Shown here piece by piece: positions 46,345-57,027 of a stretch of DNA of 64,000 bases. Position 1 is the first letter of the stretch. Every line of letters begins with the position of its first letter. The notes below the pieces were generated by a model that was not told where the DNA came from, did not search any database, and was given only the letters and a program-made list of their open reading frames with translations. The DNA comes from Gammaproteobacteria bacterium (GTDB lineage: Bacteria > Pseudomonadota > Gammaproteobacteria > SZUA-229): the NCBI GenBank assembly GCA_041589455.1, contig JBFHVQ010000004.1:2191-66190 (forward strand), given 5' to 3'. A program made the translations under genes and the position numbers.

Positions 46345-46919
46345 TGTTAATGATAGATAACTATGATTCATTCACCTATAACCTGGTGCAGTACCTGGGA
46401 GAGCTGGGTGCGGATGTGGTGGTACATCGTAATGACCAGATTAGCCTTGAAGAAATAGAAGCGCTAAATCCAGAGCGCATTATGATTTCACCAGGACCCT
46501 GTACACCCAACGAGGCAGGAGTATCGATGAAAACCATAGAGTACTTTGCAGGTAAGCTGCCGATTTTGGGTGTGTGCCTCGGGCATCAGAGTATTGGTCA
46601 GGTATTTGGTGGAAAGATTATTCATGCAAAAGAAATTATGCATGGAAAAACCTCGATGATTCATCACAATAACAGTGGTGTATTCACTGGTTTGAATAAT
46701 CCTTATGAGGCGACACGATATCATTCATTGGTCATTGAAAAATCGAGTATACCTGATTGCCTGGAAATTACGGCATGGACAGAAAATGAAGATGGCAGCA
46801 TGGATGAAATTATGGGTGTGCGTCATAAAGAGTATGCCATTGAGGGTGTGCAATTTCACCCGGAGTCAATACTGACTCAGCACGGTCATGACTTACTAAA
46901 GAATTTTTTAAAGATGTAA
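46341..46919 (+). CDS. trpG: Anthranilate synthase component II (glutamine amidotransferase)
   Basis: [23 protein letters not shown] catalytic Cys, and QFHPES. Confidence 0.95.
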   Translation: MMLMIDNYDSFTYNLVQYLGELGADVVVHRNDQISLEEIEALNPERIMISPGPCTPNEAGVSMKTIEYFAGKLPILGVCLGHQSIGQVFGGKIIHAKEIMHGKTSMIHHNNSGVFTGLNNPYEATRYHSLVIEKSSIPDCLEITAWTENEDGSMDEIMGVRHKEYAIEGVQFHPESILTQHGHDLLKNFLKM

Positions 46920-47055
46920 AATCCCGGGCACAGTCAGGTAATGTAATGTTTGCATGATCTTCTGGCTTTGTGTAAAGCAATCACCCAGATGGTTAATTTA
47001 ATTATTAATAATCGACACTGAACCGATATAACTCTGCATCAAAAAGGTGTTCAAC

Positions 47056-48072
47056 ATGGATATGCAATCTGCAATAAAAGCGGTCACAGAAAAACAGAAT
47101 TTAAGCCGTGAGCAAATGACGCAAGTCATGAATCTGATTATGACAGGTCAGGCAACAGATTCTCAGATTGGCGGGTTTCTGATTGGTTTACGTATGAAAG
47201 GCGAGACAGTTGATGAAGTAGCTGCTGCCGCATCAGTCATGCGAGAGCTATCGACTAAAGTCGATGCGCCAGATAGTAATCTGGTGGATACCTGTGGCAC
47301 GGGCGGAGATGCTTCCGGAAGTTTTAATATTTCAACTGCGTCTGTATTTGTCACCGCAGCAGCCGGTGCTCATGTTGCAAAGCACGGTAACCGCTCTGTT
47401 TCGAGTAAGTCAGGAAGTGCAGATGTTCTGGAAACCGCGGGTGTTAATCTTGATATTACGCCACAGCAGGTTGCTGAGTGTATAGAGAAAATAGGTTGTG
47501 GTTTTTTGTTTGCGATTAAACATCATGGCGCGATGAAACACGCGATTGGCCCAAGAAAGGAAATGGGCGTACGCACTATCTTTAATGTGCTAGGTCCATT
47601 AACTAATCCCGCGGGTGCGCCTAACCAGGTTATAGGTGTGTTTAGTAAAGACTGGCTGGTGCCACTTGCTGAAGTACTTAAGCAGCTGGGAAGTCGTCAT
47701 GTGATGATCGTGCATGCCGATGATGGTATGGACGAAATTAGTATTGGTAGTGCAACCTCGGTGGCAGAATTAAAAGATGGTGAAATTAATACCTACACGA
47801 TCCAGCCTGAAGATTTCGCGATGGATACATCCGATCTTGCGGAAATTCGCGCAGCTGATTCAGCAGCCAGTCTGAAAATCATAAATTCGGTGCTAGACAA
47901 TGTTGAAGGCCCTGCCAGAGATATAGTCTGCTTAAATGCAGGTGCGGCAATTTATGTTTCCGGTCTGACAGACTCCTTGCAGTCAGGTATTGAGAAAGCA
48001 CGGACTGTGATTGCAGATGGTAGTGCCAAAGAAAAATTTGATAGCCTGATAGAATACACAAACCAATTTTAA
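47056..48072 (+). CDS. trpD: Anthranilate phosphoribosyltransferase
   Basis: [35 protein letters not shown]. Start set at the ATG preceded by AAAAAGG. Confidence 0.95.
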   Translation: MDMQSAIKAVTEKQNLSREQMTQVMNLIMTGQATDSQIGGFLIGLRMKGETVDEVAAAASVMRELSTKVDAPDSNLVDTCGTGGDASGSFNISTASVFVTAAAGAHVAKHGNRSVSSKSGSADVLETAGVNLDITPQQVAECIEKIGCGFLFAIKHHGAMKHAIGPRKEMGVRTIFNVLGPLTNPAGAPNQVIGVFSKDWLVPLAEVLKQLGSRHVMIVHADDGMDEISIGSATSVAELKDGEINTYTIQPEDFAMDTSDLAEIRAADSAASLKIINSVLDNVEGPARDIVCLNAGAAIYVSGLTDSLQSGIEKARTVIADGSAKEKFDSLIEYTNQF

Positions 48073-48093
48073 TGTGACCCTAAAAGTGATCTC

Positions 48094-48891
48094 ATGAGTA
48101 AGCAACCTGATATCCTGCAGAAAATTCTGAAACGAAAAGTTGAAGAAATTACAGAAGCCTCAGCAAAAGAATCGCTACAGGCATTAAGTCAGCGTGCCGA
48201 GTCGGCATTACCTGTGCGCGGTTTTATTAAAGCGATTGAAAATAAAATTGCAGCAGGGCAGTCAGGTGTTATTGCAGAAATAAAAAAAGCTTCACCAAGC
48301 AAAGGTGTAATGCGTGAAAATTTTATACCTGCTGATATTGCCAGAAGTTATGAAGGTGGTGGCGCGGCCTGTTTGTCTATTCTGACCGACCGTGATTTTT
48401 TTCAGGGCGCACCTGAGTTTCTCATGCAGGCCAGAGAAGCGGTTAGCCTGCCGGTGATTCGTAAAGATTTTATTATTGATCCTTACCAGGTGTATGAAGC
48501 AAGAGCCATGAATGCAGACTGTATTTTACTGATTGTCTCTGCACTAGGTGACGCCATGCTTAATGAGCTGTTAGGGCTGGCACATCATCTACAGATGGAT
48601 GTATTGATGGAAGTGCATGATAGAGATGAAATGGCACGGGCGATACAGACAGGTGCCCGATTAATTGGTGTTAATAACCGTAATTTACGCACATTTGAAG
48701 TTAGTCTTCAGAATACCCTGGACATGCTTGATTTGTTGCCAGATGACAGAGTGCTGGTAACAGAAAGTGGCATACATGCACCCGAAGATGTGAAGCTGAT
48801 GCGCGATCATAATGTGAATGCGTTTCTGGTGGGCGAGGCCTTTATGCGAGCCGAAGAACCTGGGGAAAAACTGGCGGAATTATTTGCCTAA
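48094..48891 (+). CDS. trpC: Indole-3-glycerol phosphate synthase
   Basis: [34 protein letters not shown]. Confidence 0.95.
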   Translation: MSKQPDILQKILKRKVEEITEASAKESLQALSQRAESALPVRGFIKAIENKIAAGQSGVIAEIKKASPSKGVMRENFIPADIARSYEGGGAACLSILTDRDFFQGAPEFLMQAREAVSLPVIRKDFIIDPYQVYEARAMNADCILLIVSALGDAMLNELLGLAHHLQMDVLMEVHDRDEMARAIQTGARLIGVNNRNLRTFEVSLQNTLDMLDLLPDDRVLVTESGIHAPEDVKLMRDHNVNAFLVGEAFMRAEEPGEKLAELFA

Positions 48892-48956
48892 TTTCTAAGT
48901 CAGGGATAAATCCCTAAGAACTAGGTGAAGCTATCAGCCAGGGCTATTAATACAAG

Positions 48957-49604
48957 TTATCGAGCATCGTGTACTACGATAGTCTTACCATGGGCAGAAA
49001 TGAGCCCGTCTTCTTCTAGTTCTTTAAGTACTCTACCGGCCATTTCACGTGAACAACCGACGATTTTTGCAATATCCTGACGAGTTATCTTTATTTGCAT
49101 ACCATCAGGGTGAGTCATTGCGTCAGGTTGCTGACTAAGCTCCAGTAATGTGCGGGCAATACGTCCTGAGACATCCAGGAATATCAGGTCGCGTACTTTC
49201 TGGCTGGTTTTAATCAGACGGTCGAAGATCTGCCCGGATAGCAGGAATAATATTTCAGGGTCTTCCTTTACCAGCTTACGAAACTGTACATAGGAAATTT
49301 CAGCAATTTCACAGGGTGATTTTGCGATAATCTGGGCGCTACGGTCCAGCTTCTCCTTGAACAGGCCGGCTTCACCGAAAAAGTCACCGCTATTCAGGTA
49401 GGCAAGGATAATTTCTGAACCTTCATCATTCTCAGTCTGTACGCTGACCGAGCCCTTGATGATATAGTACAGGCTATGTGGTTCGTCCCCTTCGTGGATG
49501 ATATTTTTCTTTGCTGGATAGGTCTTGCGATGACAATGATTCAGCAATAATTCCAGTGAAGGGTTAGAATTGTCTACTTTAGGTAACAGGCTCATAGGTT
49601 CCAT
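48957..49604 (-). CDS. crp: cAMP receptor protein (CRP/Vfr family transcription factor)
   Basis: cNMP-binding FFGEAGLF...RSA.. and a C-terminal HTH ([25 protein letters not shown]). Conserved position after trpC, as for Pseudomonas vfr. Confidence 0.9.
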   Translation of the reverse strand: MEPMSLLPKVDNSNPSLELLLNHCHRKTYPAKKNIIHEGDEPHSLYYIIKGSVSVQTENDEGSEIILAYLNSGDFFGEAGLFKEKLDRSAQIIAKSPCEIAEISYVQFRKLVKEDPEILFLLSGQIFDRLIKTSQKVRDLIFLDVSGRIARTLLELSQQPDAMTHPDGMQIKITRQDIAKIVGCSREMAGRVLKELEEDGLISAHGKTIVVHDAR

Positions 49605-49712
49605 TTCATGCTTGATGGGCTAATTATAGTTAATTTTATCAGTTGCCCAAGTATATTTAGTTAATTAACGCAAATTTTAAAAAATTGGGCAAGTAGTTTT
49701 TAGGTGAAATGT

Positions 49713-50129
49713 ATGAAAGTCAGGGTTAAATGGTTGGATCATATGTCCTTCGTCGGTGAAACCGAGAGTGGGCACTCGGTTGTAATGGATGGGGCACCGG
49801 ATGCGGGTGGCAGAAATCTGGCAGCCAGGCCAATGGAAATGGTACTCGTAGGCATGGGTGGCTGCACCGCATTTGATGTGGTCATGATCTTGCAGAAGTC
49901 ACGACAGCCAATTGACGATTGCATCGTCGAGATTACAGCCGAGCGCGCTGAAGAAATACCGAAGGTATTTACCAAAATCCATGCACATTATATTGTTAAA
50001 GGTACTGGGTTGAGTGAAAAACAGGTTGAAAAAGCGGTTAATCTGACGGCAGAAAAATACTGTTCAGTGTCGATTATGCTGGCAGCAAGTGCAGAAGTAA
50101 CTCACGATTTTGAAATAGTCGAAGACTAA
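49713..50129 (+). CDS. OsmC family protein
   Basis: About 138 aa. ARPMEMVLVGMGGCTAFDV and AEKYCSV conserved Cys contexts. Start set at the ATG after AGGTGA. Confidence 0.8.
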   Translation: MKVRVKWLDHMSFVGETESGHSVVMDGAPDAGGRNLAARPMEMVLVGMGGCTAFDVVMILQKSRQPIDDCIVEITAERAEEIPKVFTKIHAHYIVKGTGLSEKQVEKAVNLTAEKYCSVSIMLAASAEVTHDFEIVED

Positions 50130-50151
50130 TATTATAAAGACGAAATAAGTA

Positions 50152-51813
50152 ATGACAAATAATGCGACTCAGGATGCTTTCAATAGCCTGCTGGAAAATC
50201 ACTATAGTGCTTGGTTTCGCTATCATCCAGAAAAAGCGGTTCATGCGGGAGTCAATGGATATGAAGAGCAATTAACGCCGTTCAGTGAAGAAGATATTGG
50301 TGCGCTGGTTTCCCTTAACCAGAAAACTATATCTGCACTGGAGGAGCTGGAAGTTAATCAACTAACAATCTCGCAGCAGCTGGATTTTACCATTTTATAT
50401 AATGCAGTAAATATTGAGCTGCACCAGCTTCTTGAGGCCGACTGGCGCTACCTGAAGCCGCAAAATTATTTACCGACTGATGCCATGCACCAGCTAATCA
50501 TACGCCCTGTAGATAATTTACATGCTGCGCTCAAACATCGTTTACAACAGGTACCTGAATATCTGCGTGCTTCCAGAAATTATCTTAATCAGCAGCCTCA
50601 GGATATTCCTCTAGAGTGGGTGGAAGATGCAATTCAGGGAGCGAACTCTGGGGCTGCTTATATTCGTAGTCTAAGTAGTCACCCTGAAGTCGTTAAAAAG
50701 TTTCAAAACCCAGCCAGGTTGCAAATTGTTTGTGAAGATGCAGCATTGTCATTAACCGATTTTTCAAAGTTTCTTTCTGATAATATTTTGCCCAAAGCAG
50801 CAGGGCATTTCGGTTGCGGTGAAGCGCATTTTAATCGTTTGTTAAGGGACTGGCATGCACTTGAAATAGATGTTCATCAGTTACATCGCTTTGGTGAAAA
50901 ATTATTTAGAGAAACCAAACAGCAGTTACTCGAACTTTGTGAGGTTATGGGTTCGAATGATGATATTGAGTCACAACTGGCGATAATCAGGGAGCAGCAC
51001 CCAGCTTATGATAATGACCAGTTGATGGTGATTTATCGTGACAGAATGAAAGCGGCCTATGAATTTGTCTTGCAGAATAATCTGGTTACGGTGCCACCAT
51101 CTGAACCATTAAAGGTTGTGAAAACGCCGGTGTTTTTACAGCATGAAATTCCTTTTGCGGCATATGAAGAGCCTTCTTATAAAGATGAAAATCAGCAGGG
51201 TTACTATTATGTTACACCGGTACCCTCTGAGGGGCACCTGCTGGAACATAACTGGACTTCAATTGATCTAACCTGTGTTCATGAAGCCTATCCCGGGCAT
51301 CATCTACAGTTTGTGACGGCCAATAAGAATCCGCAAAACAGTTTACCTAAAATGCTCAATGCTTCAGCTACCTTTTATGAAGGCTGGGCATTGTACTGTG
51401 AAGACCTGATGCAGGAACAGGGTTTTCTGGATAAGCCTGAACACCAGTTTATTATGCTGCGTGATCGTTTGTGGCGGGCCATGAGAGTCATGCTGGATGT
51501 TGAGCTGCATACAGAAGGCTTAACCTTCGATGAGGCTGCGCAGCGTATGTGTGATGAGCTCGGTTTTTCGATTGATCAGGCAAAAGCTGATTTAAACTGG
51601 TATTCACAGTCACCAACAGTGCCAATGGGTTACGCCACAGGTTGGGCATTAATCAGGGCGCTTCGAGATGAAGAGTCGAAAAAGCCAGACTTTGATCTTA
51701 AGGCATTCCATGATCGTTTATTATCCGTTGGCTCCTGTGCCTTGCCGTTGGTTATTAAATATGAGTTTGGAGAGGAAGTCTGGCAGCGAATTAAATCAAA
51801 AGTTTTTGAGTAA
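50152..51813 (+). CDS. DUF885 family protein (putative metallopeptidase-like)
   Basis: 553 aa with the HEAYPGHHLQ motif and overall DUF885 length and pattern. Confidence 0.8.
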   Translation: MTNNATQDAFNSLLENHYSAWFRYHPEKAVHAGVNGYEEQLTPFSEEDIGALVSLNQKTISALEELEVNQLTISQQLDFTILYNAVNIELHQLLEADWRYLKPQNYLPTDAMHQLIIRPVDNLHAALKHRLQQVPEYLRASRNYLNQQPQDIPLEWVEDAIQGANSGAAYIRSLSSHPEVVKKFQNPARLQIVCEDAALSLTDFSKFLSDNILPKAAGHFGCGEAHFNRLLRDWHALEIDVHQLHRFGEKLFRETKQQLLELCEVMGSNDDIESQLAIIREQHPAYDNDQLMVIYRDRMKAAYEFVLQNNLVTVPPSEPLKVVKTPVFLQHEIPFAAYEEPSYKDENQQGYYYVTPVPSEGHLLEHNWTSIDLTCVHEAYPGHHLQFVTANKNPQNSLPKMLNASATFYEGWALYCEDLMQEQGFLDKPEHQFIMLRDRLWRAMRVMLDVELHTEGLTFDEAAQRMCDELGFSIDQAKADLNWYSQSPTVPMGYATGWALIRALRDEESKKPDFDLKAFHDRLLSVGSCALPLVIKYEFGEEVWQRIKSKVFE

Positions 51814-52077
51814 GCTATAGTTGGCTTGATTAGCTTCATCGTTATTGTATTGTTCGAATATTCTTTTCTCTGGTTGTTGTAATAGCGATTGTGCTGTTAC
51901 ATCAATCAGCAATCCCTGTGTTATCTAAAGTCATTACACAGCTGTCATTGTTCTGTAATGATCTGTTCATGATTTCGACATTTTTCGTGAATAAATCTGT
52001 AATAAACAGATGTTAATGTTCTGCGCATTCAAAATTTATGCAAACCCCTTTTTGATTATTTACAGGAATATTAGTTC

Positions 52078-53065
52078 ATGAAATCGTTCACAAAAAAAAC
52101 AACTCTGATTACACTGGCTGCTACAGTGGCTGTACCTGGTGTTGCTGCAGCTGAGGCAACTCTGTTTGGTAAGGCGCATCTGTCATTTGGTTTCGTTTCA
52201 CAGGATGATGGTATCGCAAACACAACTTCAAACTCTGTAACATCGCACGCTTCACGCGTCGGCATTAAAGGTAAGATCGACACAGATGGTGATACGAAAG
52301 TGATCTATCGATTCGTATGGCAGGTGGATATGTCAGATAAGGCAAAAGCATCTGATGATAATCTTAAATCTCGTGAGCAGTATGTTGGTCTTAAAGGTGA
52401 CTGGGGTCAGCTACGAATTGGTCGTGACGATTCGCCATATAAAAAAAGCGGGAAAGAAAAATGTTGAGCACCTGAGCGACACCTGGGCAGACTTCAATAA
52501 CATCATCGATAAAGGTCAGGATACGCGTAACGACGACTCTGTGAGTTACTGGGGTAAGATTGGTCCAGGTAAACTGGCTATCCAGTATGCGGCAGGTGAT
52601 GACAAAGCAGTTGCTGAAAATGCCGGTGAATCTTTAAGTCTGGCTTACGATGTAAAAATGGGTGCCATTGGTTTTGCCATTGCGCATCAGAATATTGAAA
52701 AATCAGCTACCAATGATGAAACCGGTTTAAAGTTGTCTTTTGGTTACAAGATGGGATCAACAAAACTGGGTCTGATGTGCGAGATAGTTGAAGATGATGA
52801 TAAAACAGTTGATGATAATAATACTTACTTCAGTGTTAAGCATGGTTTAAGTAAAACAGATAGCATCGTATTTGCATATGGTGTTAAGGATCAGGATCTG
52901 ACAGATGACGCGACGATGACGGCACTGGCTTACCAGCATATGATGAGCAAGAAAGTAACCACTTATGTATTGTGGGCTGACGGTGCTGATAATGGCCTGA
53001 AAGATGCGTCGAAACTGAATGGTGATGCTTCAGCATTAGTGGCAGGTATATCTGCCAAGTTCTAA
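52078..53065 (+). pseudogene. General Gram-negative porin interrupted by a +1 frameshift in an A7 tract
   Basis: ORF 52078-52467 has a signal peptide and the pattern LFGKAHLSFG...EQYVGLKGDWGQLRIGRDDSPYKK. ORF 52355-53065 is in the +1 frame and continues AGKKNVEHLSDTWADFN...ISAKF (C-terminal Phe). The junction is at aaaaaaa, 52441-52447. Confidence 0.7.
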
Positions 53066-53280
53066 AGCGCTTCACTAGTGAGCTGAAATCAGGAGGCCGC
53101 TGTGTCTCCTGATGGCATTATAACCATAATAATATTTAGATTCCTACAGATTGTGGTTATCTGCCTTGCACCTGATTCTTCAGGTGCCTGTTTGCTCTTG
53201 GGAAAGCAAATAATCCAGGGTGCATTTTGAATTTCATATCGTTAGAATGTATCGAATAATTCAGCGCAGGCGGTTATTCC

Positions 53281-53739
53281 ATGCTTAAAAAAATTCAACT
53301 ATTTTTTGAATCACACTTTTCTATGACAGAGACATCGACAGCTGATATTTCTCACCAGCTCAATCTTGCAGCGGCCGCATTACTGGTGGAAATGACCTTG
53401 CAGGATGACCAGGTAGATACAGCAGAAACGCAGGCAGTGAAAGCGGCGTTAAACTCGGTGTTGGGTCTGTCGGTTGATGAGGCTAATGAACTGTATGAGT
53501 TGGCAGAAGAGGAAAAACACAAGGCAACAGATTACCATCAGTTTACCAAACTGATTGCTGAGCATTATAGCCAACCGCAAAAAATACAATTGATTGAATC
53601 ACTATGGCGCATAGCCTATGCAGATAATGTGCTGGATAGTTACGAAGAGCATATGGTGCGTCGTATCTGTGACCTGATCTATGTGCCTCATAAGGAATTT
53701 ATACAGGCCAAGCACCGGGTTCAGGAAGAGAACAGCTAA
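53281..53739 (+). CDS. TerB family (tellurite-resistance TerB-like) protein
   Basis: 152 aa, helical. AAAALLVEMTLQD..VD..E and WRIAYADNVLD.YEEHMVRRI repeats are typical of small TerB-like proteins. Confidence 0.65.
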   Translation: MLKKIQLFFESHFSMTETSTADISHQLNLAAAALLVEMTLQDDQVDTAETQAVKAALNSVLGLSVDEANELYELAEEEKHKATDYHQFTKLIAEHYSQPQKIQLIESLWRIAYADNVLDSYEEHMVRRICDLIYVPHKEFIQAKHRVQEENS

Positions 53740-53946
53740 AGGTGGCATTATCCACTAATGCACGAAAATTAACGTAAATAGTCTGATAGAGGCTACTCGG
53801 GATGTTGGGTATAAAACGCCAGATATTCTCAGTAGGCTTTCAACACTGTATGGATTGCAGGGTTACTACTCATACATAAAAAAAATGTGTTTATTCGGGG
53901 TCATTTACGGACTACTGCTTGTGCTTTTGTTTGTTGTAGGCAGAAT

Positions 53947-53979
53947 AAAAAAAGCCACCCCAAAATGGAGTGGCTTTTT
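53947..53979. terminator. Bidirectional intrinsic terminator
   Basis: agccac....gtggct stem flanked by A7 (upstream) and T5 (downstream). It lies 36 nt from the stop of the minus-strand 65-aa gene. Confidence 0.6.
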
Positions 53980-54014
53980 AAATTCACGGGGAGGTGAATT
54001 CTTTAACTAAGCGA

Positions 54015-54212
54015 TTAACGTAAAATCGATTGCTTAGTTTCACGATTGGCATCCCAGGCAGCATGTACCTGATCAATCGCATTTTTAATGTGAGTTTCAG
54101 TGATCTGCACAACGTCACCGTTGTCATCAACAATCATACCGCCCTTAAAGCCGGTTTGTGTGATGGCGTACGCGTACTTGCCGCAGTCCTGATCTTTAGC
54201 TGAGTTAGACAT
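54015..54212 (-). CDS. Hypothetical small protein (65 aa)
   Basis: An ORF followed by a terminator. No family recognised and the RBS is not obvious. Confidence 0.4.
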   Translation of the reverse strand: MSNSAKDQDCGKYAYAITQTGFKGGMIVDDNGDVVQITETHIKNAIDQVHAAWDANRETKQSILR

Positions 54213-54572
54213 ATTTATATTTCCTGAAAAAAGTAAAAAATTCTGTATTTCTAAGCACCCTTTTTCGTTTTAATTTTATGGATGTTTACAGATATAGAAT
54301 TTTCCATGGATAGACTCAATTTGATCTATCTCAATGGTGCGCGGATTATATAGTATGTTTATGACGGAATTAAACCCCTGGATGCATGAATTTGTGAATA
54401 AATTCAGCTTATTTTAGAGATTTATAATGCAGTCTCGGTATGCTGCTTGCAAGCAGTTGATTTTAAATGGAATAATAGGCCTGTCATGGGTTGCTGAAAA
54501 AGCCCCGCTAATCAGTTAATTTTTGGGTAGTGGGCCTAATGAATGCTCATTAGGCCTGATAGAGAGGATAAG

Positions 54573-55349
54573 ATGGCAGAAAAGCAGAAGGTTGAACGTC
54601 GTAATCTGGCCTTTAAGGGCTATATGGGGAATCAGCTGGCTGCCAGTCTGGACTACCCGACAGCTCGGGAGCCCCAGTGTTATGCCATTATGTGTCATTG
54701 TTTTACCTGTACCCGACAGACCTTGACCACCGCACGGGTAAGCCGAGGACTGGCAGAAGCTGGTATTGCGGTATTGCGCTTTGATTTTAGTGGCCTGGGT
54801 GAGAGTGGCGGCGATTTCGCAGAAACGCACTTTCGAAGCATGCTGGCAGATATTCAGGCAGCAGCGGAGCTATTGCAGCAATACTATCAGCCGGTAAGTG
54901 TCTTGCTGGGCCACAGTATGGGGGGGACAGCTTGTCTGGCGGCCTCACAGTTGCCTGAACAGTGTTTTTCGCAGCTTGACAAGCTGGTGACGCTGGCGTC
55001 CCCAGCAACCCCTGATCACGTCTTGCGTCACTTTGGCCTGGCTATGCCCCAGTTAGAACAGGGGCAATCATCATTTATTTCTGTTGCCGGTAAGGATTAC
55101 CCGGTAAAGCCCGCATTGGTAGAGGATGTGCGTTCTTTTGATATGCAACAGCAAATGGCGAATTGTGAGCTGCCCATTATGGCCGTGCGGGCGGGACATG
55201 ATGACATGGTGGGAGCTGAGCAGGCAGATCATATTCTGCAATATACCCAGGGGGAGCAGCAACTCTGTGAAATTGCAGAAGCTGACCATCTGTTTAGTGA
55301 GCGTAAACACACCCAACAGCTAATAGAAAAAATAGTGAACTGGTTATAG
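54573..55349 (+). CDS. Alpha/beta hydrolase
   Basis: Nucleophile elbow GHSMGG and late D/H residues. Start set at MAEKQK after GAGAGG. Confidence 0.75.
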   Translation: MAEKQKVERRNLAFKGYMGNQLAASLDYPTAREPQCYAIMCHCFTCTRQTLTTARVSRGLAEAGIAVLRFDFSGLGESGGDFAETHFRSMLADIQAAAELLQQYYQPVSVLLGHSMGGTACLAASQLPEQCFSQLDKLVTLASPATPDHVLRHFGLAMPQLEQGQSSFISVAGKDYPVKPALVEDVRSFDMQQQMANCELPIMAVRAGHDDMVGAEQADHILQYTQGEQQLCEIAEADHLFSERKHTQQLIEKIVNWL

Positions 55350-55452
55350 CAAAAAAGGCTTTAATGCCATCAGGTTAATAAAATTGTTATTCCTGTCTAT
55401 ACTCCTATTAAATTGAGTAGTACGGGCCGCTAACTGTTTTGGGAAAAATACA

Positions 55453-56310
55453 ATGGTAGAAGTAAAAAGCTTTTTTGATGAACAGACCTTTACACTGACA
55501 CATCTGGTGTACGATCCACAATCAAAAGATGCGGTGGTGTTCGATCCTGTGCTGGATCTGGATACGATTGGTTGGCGAACCCAGACTAAAAATCTGCAAA
55601 CACTGGACGGCTTTATCGAAGAGCATCAGTTAAAACTGCAGTATGTGCTTGATACACATATTCATGCAGATCATCTCACAGGTATGCAGCACCTTAAAGA
55701 AAAATATAAAGTACCTCTGGTGATTAATCAGGCAATCAAGGTGGTGCAATCCACCTTTAAAGAAGTGTTTAATTTTGCCGAAGACTTCGATACATCCGGC
55801 TCAGATTTTGATGTGCTGGTAAAAGATGGTGATACATTAACTGCTGGAACGCTTACGATTGAAGTGCTTCATACGCCTGGGCATACACCCGCCTGTACAA
55901 CCTATAAAATTGACGACAACCTGTTTACAGGAGATGCGTTGTTTGTTCCCAGTATCGGCACAGGGCGTTGTGATTTTCCCAAGGGCAGTGCCAGGGATCT
56001 TTACCAGTCAGTAACACAAAAACTTTATACTCTGCCGGATGACACTAAAGTTTATCCGGGGCATGACTATCCGGGGAATAGAGAATTGCAGACTTTTTCT
56101 ACCATTGGTGAAAGCAAAGCGTCTAATGTGGATTTGCCTGCTACGCGTAGCGAAGAAGATTACGTTAGTTTTATGGAAACACGGGATGCAAAATTACCCT
56201 TACCTCGATTAATTTATCAGGGGGTTCAGGTGAATTTAACGGCCGGTAAACTGCCAAAAGAAGAAAGTAATGGTCAGCATTATCTAAAAATCCCGATCTA
56301 TAACGATTGA
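55453..56310 (+). CDS. MBL-fold metallo-hydrolase (glyoxalase II / persulfide dioxygenase-like)
   Basis: THIHADH metal motif, HTPGHTP, and GDALF; 285 aa. Confidence 0.8.
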   Translation: MVEVKSFFDEQTFTLTHLVYDPQSKDAVVFDPVLDLDTIGWRTQTKNLQTLDGFIEEHQLKLQYVLDTHIHADHLTGMQHLKEKYKVPLVINQAIKVVQSTFKEVFNFAEDFDTSGSDFDVLVKDGDTLTAGTLTIEVLHTPGHTPACTTYKIDDNLFTGDALFVPSIGTGRCDFPKGSARDLYQSVTQKLYTLPDDTKVYPGHDYPGNRELQTFSTIGESKASNVDLPATRSEEDYVSFMETRDAKLPLPRLIYQGVQVNLTAGKLPKEESNGQHYLKIPIYND

Positions 56311-56317
56311 TCAATTA

Positions 56318-56346
56318 TCTGGTGATCTGGTTCCCAGATCACCAGA
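56318..56346. terminator. Perfect 13-bp hairpin between convergent genes (possible bidirectional terminator; no U-tract)
   Basis: tctggtgatctgg-ttc-ccagatcaccaga, 8 nt after the MBL stop and 10 nt before the deaminase stop. Confidence 0.45.
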
Positions 56347-56355
56347 ATCTTATGC

Positions 56356-56832
56356 CTAATATTCTATTTTCTTTGTATTTTTCTGCCAGGCAATAAAGCT
56401 GTCAGTCGCCTTTGGGTGCTCGAAATGTAGAGTCTCTAAAGAGCGTTCATTACTGTCTAATTTAAGTTGTCGCAAAATAAACTGGTCATCAAAACCTGCC
56501 TGTGCTGCCTGTTCTGCAGTCGCTGCATAGACCAGCCTTGGAATACGTGCCCAGTAAATTGCGGAAAGACACATAGGGCAAGGTTCGCAACTCGAGTAAA
56601 TGGTACAGTCGTGCAGCTGAAAGTCATTTATGTTTTTACAGGCATTACGAATGGCAACCATTTCCGCATGAGCGGTTGGGTCGCATGAATCGGTCACACG
56701 GTTACTTCCTCTGCCAATTACTTCACCATTTTTGATAATTATGGCACCAAATGGGCCGCCGTTGTCTGATGTGGAAGAGATAGCTAACTGAATCGCTTGT
56801 GATAAAAAAACTTCATCTTCTGACTTTGGCAT
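56356..56832 (-). CDS. Nucleoside/nucleotide (CDA-fold) deaminase
   Basis: HAEMVAIR and SCEPCPMC zinc-binding motifs; 158 aa. Confidence 0.85.
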   Translation of the reverse strand: MPKSEDEVFLSQAIQLAISSTSDNGGPFGAIIIKNGEVIGRGSNRVTDSCDPTAHAEMVAIRNACKNINDFQLHDCTIYSSCEPCPMCLSAIYWARIPRLVYAATAEQAAQAGFDDQFILRQLKLDSNERSLETLHFEHPKATDSFIAWQKNTKKIEY

Positions 56833-57027
56833 GAGTGGCGGCTGTCCTTTATTGAAGTTGCGGTCGTAAATATCAGGTGTAAGAAATGCCTGTTATCGTT
56901 TCTAGCTTAAACTGAGGATTATGGTATTGCAATATATGCCGCTGCAGACTGACCAGTTCCATATTATCAAGGGAAGGTTGAGCAGCTTTATATTGTTTTG
57001 TAAAAGCCAGCGAGTCCAATTAACCGC

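Noticed and set aside
53885-54010. 41-aa hydrophobic mini-ORF (MCLFGVIYGLLLVLLFVVGRIKK...)
   Set aside because: It runs straight through the bidirectional terminator hairpin at 53947-53979 and has no clear RBS. It could be a small membrane peptide, but the evidence is insufficient.
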